This document shows, one piece after another, positions 14,301 to 23,300 of a stretch of 64,000 bases of DNA; the first letter of the stretch is position 1; each line of letters opens with the position of its first letter. A model generated the notes under the pieces. It had not been told where the DNA came from and did not search any database. It was given only the letters and a program-made list of their open reading frames with translations. Made by a program: the position numbers and the translations under genes. The stretch spans positions 15,828-79,827 of the forward strand of contig JAIORP010000090.1 of assembly GCA_021108075.1 (NCBI GenBank). Direction: 5' to 3'. This DNA is from Candidatus Omnitrophota bacterium. GTDB lineage: Bacteria; Omnitrophota; Gorgyraeia; Zapsychrales; Zapsychraceae.

Positions 14301-17300
14301 CCAGCAGCTATTCCACCGGCCAGACCGCGCGCCGTAGCTTGCGCCCAACCACGTCTCGCAAACTGTGTCGATGCGGTCCCCATCAAATTAATGGAAGCAC
14401 CGGCAATAGCTCCAAATGCGAACCCTCGTCCGTATGCACCAAAGAGATTGCCGATCCTGGAGGACTCTTCAACTTCCTGAAATGAATCCAGTGCAGAGGT
14501 TGACGTTGCGTAAAATTGTCCCCAAACCAAGGCGTCGGCAAAGGCCATTTGCCCTGTCTTTAAAGCAACACTCGCAATTGTCGAATTTCCAGCCCATTTT
14601 GTAATAAAACTCGTCGCATATTTTGAACCAGCGGCCCGAGCTAAAGGTATCGAGAGGGATATTGCGCCCAGGGCCAGATTTTCATTTAGACTTAAAAATT
14701 TCCCCCTGAACGCCAGCGAGGCAGTGTTACCGACACCAAGGGTTATGGCGCCACTATAAAGTGCCCGCTTGCCAAAAGCCTTTCCTGCTTGCAGCAATGT
14801 CTGTTCCGATGCGCCCACCCCGGTCATCCCGCCTATTGAACCGAAAAGCAGGGACCCCTTATTAAAAATCACACCCATCAACATACCAGAGGCTAATTCA
14901 GTCCCAGAGGCTAATTTACCAGAATTAACCAAACTCAAGGTCTCGACGATTCCGCCGCCGATCAAAGCGCCGTAAAGAGCTCGTCTTGTAATATATCTTG
15001 AACCTAAAGATGACCCCGCAATCTTCATCATCTTACCGAAGGTGTATTTCTTAACAGCCCGTTCGACCAACGATTCCAAAACTTCTTCGGTTATTTCTTT
15101 TGAAGCCTTTCTGATGGCCCATTTAGCCCCTTGGCGCCCAGCAACCGAACTGGCAAGCCGGCCAATACCTAGCTTTAGACCTTCTCCAACTCCGATCGAA
15201 CCACCAAGGGTAAATAGCGCCAAGACAACTTCTGCAACGGTGATGACGCCTTCCGCTATATAAATGGCAGCCTGGATCTTGGCGACCTTGTTTAACCCAT
15301 GCAATTCAGCGGAAACCGAGCGGGCACCGCTCCCGTATCCGTGCTTAGCCAAAGTATCAAAAATACGAATCACTTCATCTGTAGAGCGCGTGAAGTAGCT
15401 ACGAATATCACCATTGGCATCTGCAAATTGAATGCCCAAATCATTGATTTCTATGTTCGCAAAATCTTCCCCTTTGTTCTCGACCGCATCCAATCTGGCT
15501 CGCATCATCTCCAAGGGTGAATCATAGGGCTCCAGGTCCTGCTGTTCTTTTTCTTTCTCATCTCCATCTGAGGCAATGGTCGGCTTGGTCGCTTCTACAA
15601 TCTGATCATCATTAACATACATGGTTCGCCCATCTTTGGTCGTAACCTTGGTGCGCCACCAGCGCAACCCCCTGCCTGTATGTAGATTATCTTCTGCGAC
15701 AATGATTCTTTTGCCTTCATGGTCCCCACCCTCGGCGGTCACTATCGTAGACTTTTTAGGGGCTTCATCGCTATCTTCTGCGTTCGGGTTTGATAACGTG
15801 TAAAAAGCGGATCGACTGTAACGATAGTTCTCAACAATGGTATTAGCCTGTTCTTTTGTCGCTTTTTCCTCAGGTGTCAGGCTGGCTTCGTCCTTACCCG
15901 CAAGCTCCCTCTTGTCCTTGTAGGCTTGTGCGACCACATCATCCCTAACCATCGGAATAAAACCGTAACCTTTAACGTTCACGCCACCTAATCCGCCATC
16001 TTCTCTGGACATTGGCAAGATTGCCAGGAAGTAATCCTCAATATTATGTGCGTCATCATAATAGCCGTAACCTAATTCAGGCTGAACACTCCTTTTTCTG
16101 ATTGTCTTGTCCCAGTACGAGGCCGTATTTTCAAAATGAGGTAGGGCCACCTCTTCCATAACAGGATTACCAGAGGCATCCAACATGGGGCTTCCATCTA
16201 GGTTCCTCTTTATCTGTTTCTTGTGCGTCCTGCCCCAGATTCCCGCAAGCATCTTCTCTTTGCTCTCATATGACTGATTAAACCAACCGCTATCATCTTT
16301 CCGCATGGTGTTGCTATCTAATTCACTCGGATCATCCCCTTCTTCTTCCCATCGGTCCCACGCCTTGTTCCAGCGCCGGGTTGGAGTCAGCCGATTATTG
16401 CGCACATCAATCTGGCCTGCCGCGGGATCAACACGCTTACCGTTCTCCATGTCAACGCCTTTTGCCCCTGGCGAGTTGAATTTCACAACGACTTTGGCAA
16501 ACTCCGGATTGTCTGCCATGGAGACAAGGTTGCCACTTTGCAAAATATCTCCACTCATCTTTAAATAAAGAACAGAGGTCTTAAAGCCACCATCACTTAA
16601 ATCAGCATAGATCGCACTATCCAGACTGTCGTCAGACATCCCTATTTCCAATCGATGGGAACCATCTTCAAGCGTATCCGTAAGCCCTTCGCCCTGCTGT
16701 TCGCCTTTTTTAGGCGGTCTGGCCTCATATGGCGCTATCATCATTTTCCTGCCGGATGGCAATTCGGAAGGAATAATATTGTTATAGAGAGAAATCGTCT
16801 TGGGCAATTCAAATTTACCCCAGGTGAGTTCCAGTGCCATGTCCGTATATTCACCCGTTTCTTCTAATTCACCCGTTTCTTCGTTCTTTCTTTTTCCGAT
16901 GATCCGTTTCCAGCCTGGGCCTTCTCCTGCAATACCGACCGAAGTTCCGGCTCTCATGGCATCTCTGCCGATTCTTTGTTGGAAGTACGTTTCCTTTTCC
17001 TCTTTACCCGGAACGTCTCTTTTGTCTTTATTTGCGGCCGCTAGAGACACATCGGCAATCATTTCTCCTTGGATACCCAAAAATTTATTGCCCCGTTCCG
17101 ACAAAAACCGCTTGCCTCTTAATTCGATAATGCCAATAGAGCCAGGAGCATCCCAGCCTTCGATATTGATAATTCCCGGATAGTTTTCAGGCAGGTCGGC
17201 ATAGGAGGACGGATTGACTTCAAAGGTTCCAAAAAGCGTGTACTTCCCGTCCTTAACCAATTCGCCGGCACCGAAGTACTGCATGCCGTCTTGGGTGAAC

Positions 17301-20300
17301 TCTATTCCAGCGAGGATGTTTTTATCGGCCACACCGGATCCTTTAATCTCATCCCGTTTGATACTTTGATCCAAATGCAACAAGGTCCCTTCTTCGACAA
17401 GCCGGCGCCCTTCATGGACATCATTGAGTTGACTGTTATCTCGATCCAGATACATAATATCGTCGAGTTCTTTCCTGGTCGCGGCCTTCTCGTGGGATTT
17501 CTGCTCGGTGTAGAAATAAACTTGTTTGTCAGGATTATTTTCATTGGCTTCCGGAGAAATGAACGCAATTGAGTCTGTGTTGGTTAACAAAGGGTTGAGA
17601 ATAGGGGTTAATACGCGATCTTTCACACCTTTTTCTGAGCTTTCACCGCCGATGGCAAATGTGATATGCAGTTTTTCGGTGCCGTCTTTCAAGGCGGCAA
17701 GTGTTGTTTCGAGATTTGAGGGATCCACCTCTTCGCCAGCGGCAATTTTTAGCCGTCTCGCATCCTCGAATTGCGTGCCAAGTTTTAGTTCAGCATCTGC
17801 CAATAGAACGGTCTGGGCTTCATCATTCGTTTGATAAATCAAGCGCGTTATATCCTTAAAACCAAAGCCTTCCAATACATATGCAGAACGCAGAGGGTTT
17901 ATTTTCTTTTCTTCTGTTTCAGTTGTTGTCGCAGCTAGTGTTTCTTCTTTGGGCGGTTCTTCATCTTTTGGTTTTTCCGGTTCCGCCGCGTCTTTTTTCT
18001 CCAGCTTTGGCTTTGGTCTACCATTCAAAATATTCGTGAATATCAAGTCATCGCCGCGCCCTTTGATATGACTGTTCGCAATCGTCATAACAGGAGAATG
18101 GCCCTCGGGGGCGTCTTTCTTTTCCGCTGCGCCAGGCATGAAATCATACAGGTGAACCGTTCTTTTGCCCGCGCCTTCCCCTTGCCAGAAAACGCTTTGC
18201 GATTCATCTTCTAATACTTTAACTCCCGCCGGGATAATCAAATCAAAATCACCGGTACCAATAGCTTTTCGAATAAGATAAGCCTTTGTTTTGCCGTCCA
18301 ACAGTTTGGCGTTTAAGACCAGCTTCATGCCAGTGCGGTCCTCAACATTTTTGTCGGTCCGGTCGTTTCTAAACAGGACAATTGTTTCGGTCTTATCCTG
18401 TTTTTTATCTGCACCCTGGAGGCCGATCACATCTGTGTATAGGGTTATGCTGTTATCGCGCATGTTATCCGGGTTGCCGTCAAGCGTTGCGACCAAACCG
18501 AGCGCGAGCGCTTCCAGAACTTTTTGATTTTTCAAATTTTCTTCTGCGTCTAGACTAGGGACAAACAAGCTGTCATCTATGCTATCGCCGAGAATAAAGG
18601 TCGGGCGCCGCTCTTTGGTTTGTGTTCCTTGCCGGGCATAGGCCTGACCTTTTTCATCAATCACGATATCCCCTTTACCAAAATAATTGATTTGACCCGA
18701 AACAAGTCCCTTGTACCGTTTCTTGTACAGTTCGCCAACCATCATATTCTTGACCAGCATTGAGCCGCCCAGCAATTGTGGATTCGTATGAATATTCCCT
18801 TTTGGATTCTTGGCATAAATGTTGCGTCGAACCGGGGTCATGGTGAATCCTAAAAAATTTCCATAGGTATACGGGTCGCCTTCATAGCCCAAATGGCCTT
18901 CACGCCCGTCGATCGAATAAATCGGATCGCTGATACCCTGAGTCTTATCCGCCACATACTGACCGAGAATCACGCCGCCGTCTTCCAGGACAATAGATGT
19001 CAGGGCGCTCTCCGGAGTCACATCTCCGTATGTCACTTCGTCTTCAGACGGCTTGGTGCTGATGCCGATACGGCCAATCGGCAGAGGATAAATCAATTTT
19101 TGATCTTCCGGATTGACATAGACATTGGCCGTATTGCCAGTCTCAGAAACCAAATGGTCTGTTTGTGAGGGATCTTTCATTTGGTCGGTATCGTCGAGCT
19201 CAACAATCATCTCCATATTGCCGGTTTCGGTATTCCAACGCAAATCAATGGTATCTTTCTTCACAACGGCATTGGGGTCGACTTCCTTTAAATTGCTGAA
19301 AAAGGCCTGGTCACCAGCAGCTGCTATGGCAGCATCCGTATGCTTGACTTCGGATCCGGACTGCAAGGCGGCCTTATTTTCGGCCTGCATAGCCTCGGTC
19401 ACTCCATTTTTGGCGTCAGCTGCAGCTCCCAGGGCTGCATTTGTCGCCTTTACCAAGAGTCCTGTTTCGTTTTCGACTGTCGGGGTGGTTCCTTCCTTGA
19501 ATTCCATTTTCAGTTCATGCGGATTAATCAGGACAGAGACAGACGCATTGAGACCCGCGGCCAAAACTGTTTCGCCTAAATCAATCGCTAAAAGAGCTTC
19601 CGTATTATTTAAAATAACCTTATGCGACTTGTCATCGCCTGTGGCGCGCGCATATTGACTGATATCATCATCACCCTCACCGGTTTTCACTTGAACAGTT
19701 GTGCCGATAACCTTACCCTCATGACGAATTTCACCGTAGCCAGAACCGTTGGGAGAATAAAGCATGGTGCCGTCCTTGTGGCGAATCGTCACGTTCTTAG
19801 CTTTCACATCCGGGTTGGCTCCTGTTCCCCAATCTCGACCATATTCTAAAATACTGTCTGCGCGGGAGACAGAAAAATCGATCATGCCCAAATTGCCTTT
19901 TACAACGGCTTTTTTTAGGACAGCGTCTAAAGCCGCTCCTTCGACAACATTGCCGTCTTTATCCTCGTAAGTGCCATCCTTCTTTAAGAAAACGCCTAAA
20001 CCATACGTCGTTCCGGCTTCAGCATCTTCAGTCGCTTCTTCACGAAGGCCTAAAAGCTCGGCTTTATTCATGCTGACTAATCTATTTTCCGTGGTTGTCG
20101 CTAGACGGAGCTGGTCTTTTGATTGGCTCAAGATGACATTATCTTCGATGTCAACAACCCGGGCAACGGTTTGCAGCTTATGATCCGAAGCACCGCCCTT
20201 AGAATCCTGCAGCAATTCTAAAAAGCTTCCAACAGAATTTATCACCAATGTGCCGTCCTTGGTCATTTTGCCATAGGAAATCGTAGCAAAGGCATTCAGG

Positions 20301-23300
20301 GCGTCTTTATCAGTCCGGTCATAAACAGAATAGAGGCCACCGCCATCTCTTGTCAGGATAAAACTGTCATCTTCATCCTTTGCTCCTGTTTCAAAAGCTG
20401 CTGCGGCTGCCCACAAGGTGCCGATCTTAACATCTGTCTTAACATCTGTCGTTTTCTGGTGAAGTTGGTCATCAATATATTCCTTGGCACCCCAATAGCC
20501 ACCCCTGATGTCAAAATAATCAGTCTGCCCCACTTCTGATTCGCTGCCTGTCGCGGACTGAAAATCCAGGAACATAAAATCAGCAGCATCGACATTATAA
20601 CTCTCGGCAAGCGCGACAGATTTAAAGATTGTGAGACCCGTAGCATCGATAATCGCGCCATTTTTTGGATCATTAACATCGTCGCTTTGATAGATTTGGA
20701 CACCGTCTTCATGGTTAAGGGAGGAAACCGCCATCTTACTGTTCCAGCTAACAAGATCCCCGTCCTCCTCGTCCTGTACGCGAGAACCGCGATAAGCTAA
20801 AATCTGTTTACCTGCATCACGGTCAAACAAATCTATGCCCATATTCAATGGTTGCGACACATCATCCATGGCCCCCAGCATGGCGGAACGAATGGTGCTT
20901 GTTTTTGGAACAGCACTTTCCATCGGAGTAATACCATCATTATTTGGAGAAGCACCTGCCTTCGGAACGATATCATCCGGAGTTCGAGAGGCAATCAGAT
21001 CGTCAACTTCGCCATTGATCCTATTTAGGGAAGGGTCTTTTTTGTCATCAGAGCCTGTTCTTTTCTGCAATTCGCTTTTATCCCATGCCACAGCAGCATA
21101 AAAGTCGGCTTTTTCCGTGTCTGTCAGCCCTGACAGATTAATTTTTTTATCATAAAACACGCTCAGAACCTTTATATCACCGCCTTCACCGATTTTTATA
21201 AAAGAACCCCCTGTTTGCGCGATGACAAATTGGTCTTCCGACACTCTTGAACCATCCATTTGAAAAACATCTACCGGCTTACCAACGCCGTAGAGGTAGG
21301 AATTCGTTTGCATGCTGGGATCTTCTTTGTTGGGAAAATTAGTGGTGATAATCTGATACTCGTAGACGCCATCATTTTTCTTATCGCGGGAATAAACATA
21401 TGTCCATTTGCCTTCGCCACCTTCGCCGTTTGGCGCAATGATACCATCCCCATTCATATCTCCGGACCTGTGCGCAACAATTGATTTATCACCATAATCG
21501 ACCATGTAAGTCAACTCTGAACCAAAAAACAAAGTCTCAGAAACCTCCGGAAGCAATAAACCGCTGCTGAATTTAAATCCGCCTTTTTGTACATATTTTG
21601 TCATTTTACCGACTTCAACCGCTGTCATTTCCTTTTCTTCCGCTAACCATTGCCCCTGTAACGCAGGAATACGTGCTTCAAGCGTGGCAATATCACGGCC
21701 GATCATAAAAGCCTCCATATCTAGCCTGACAAGTTCAATATCTTCAAGACCAGCTTCTTTTCCTTTCTCCCACGCTTCTTCTTTTTCTTCCTTCTGTTCC
21801 TTCAATGCAGCAATTTCATCATTCATCCCTGCGATGATGTTCGCATGCGCGACTTCAACATCAATTCCATGTTGTCCTTCAAGTTCAGCAATCTTTGATT
21901 CAAGCGTATTAATTTCAAGTCCCAACTCGAACACCTGCTTATCTATCCGCACGAGCAGCATATCATCCCAGCCAGCTTCACTTCCTTTCTCCAATTTGAT
22001 TTCTTCTTTTTCTTTCTTCTTTTCCAATGCATCAACTTGATTCTTCAGGTCAGCAATCTCTTCATCTGTCGTGGTATAATTTGCTAAAAACAATCGAGCT
22101 TTTTTCCCGTCCTCCCTGACAATTTGTTCAGCCGCGGCAAATAATCCAAACTTAGATATCAATTCCATCGGAAGTCCGCGAAAATCGATGACTGTTTTAC
22201 CGCCGATGTAGATCACTTTATCATTTTCCGTACCCTCTTCATCTATTACGTCTGTTTCCTCAACAATGATGCGATCCGCCCCATAAGCAATCAACTCCGG
22301 CAAAGCGTGAAAAGTCTGGTAGTCTGGCCTGCCAGCCTGTGCTGTTTTTAAATCTAATTCTAACTTGGCCACATTTTTAAACACATTGTCAACAGCGGCA
22401 CAAAGAGCCTCGAGTTTAGCCGGATCATCTGTTTTAGCTGTTTCGTCGATCAATGCTTTTAATCCCGCCTTGCCGGATTTCCATGCGGCTTTGATACGAT
22501 CACTGAAAAAGATCTTATTTCCATCATCATCCGTCTCTACTTTACCGTCAAATGATTCGCCTAGCAGGTCTCTTAACTCAGCTTCTCCTGCTCCGAGGGC
22601 TAAAAAGGCGGCTTTCTCTTCCTTATTAACTGTCTGTAGCGTTCTTGAACTATAAACCTGATTGAGCACTTCCCCTGTGTCTTCATCTATCATTGTTAGG
22701 CGCCCCATATATCGTAGTGGAAGCCCCAGATCGGTCCATGTCCTGGCTAATATGGAGTCCCTGTTCTTGCCCGGGCCGCCGTTTACCGCTGTGACGACAT
22801 GACCGAGTCCGATGATCAGAGGATTGTCGTCCACACTCGTTAAGGCGCCTTCAATAGCGGCCGTAAACGACCCGATGATGAAACGGTGCATTTGCATCGC
22901 GGGATCAATTTGATCCCAAATCTGAATCAACCACTGGTTGGTCATGGCTTCTTGAAGCTCATCCCCTTCAAGGGGCTCATCTTTTTCAGCGTTTGCTTCC
23001 AGATAGGCTTCTTCAAAATTTTCGCGTTGCTTTTTCAGCAACATGGCCTTGTCCAATGTCCACCCGCGCAAACTTGACTGAGCCTCGTACATATTCGCAA
23101 CCTCCATGCCCAGATATGAGGAATAAACCGATGGATCCATGGCATTGGCCGCGTCGGAACCTGTGAGACCGGTCGGATCTGTGGTCTCGTTCATGAAGAC
23201 AAACAGATTGTACCCACCGGCAGCTCCAATAGAAAGCCCTGTGTTCCACAACAACTTTGTCAGGGGCTCTAAAAGAACAGCACCTACTCCTTTTTCTTCC

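Noticed and set aside
21437-21463. GDMNGDGII dockerin/EF-hand-like loop
   Set aside because: Single copy without the following helix or second repeat; at most an isolated Ca-binding loop.
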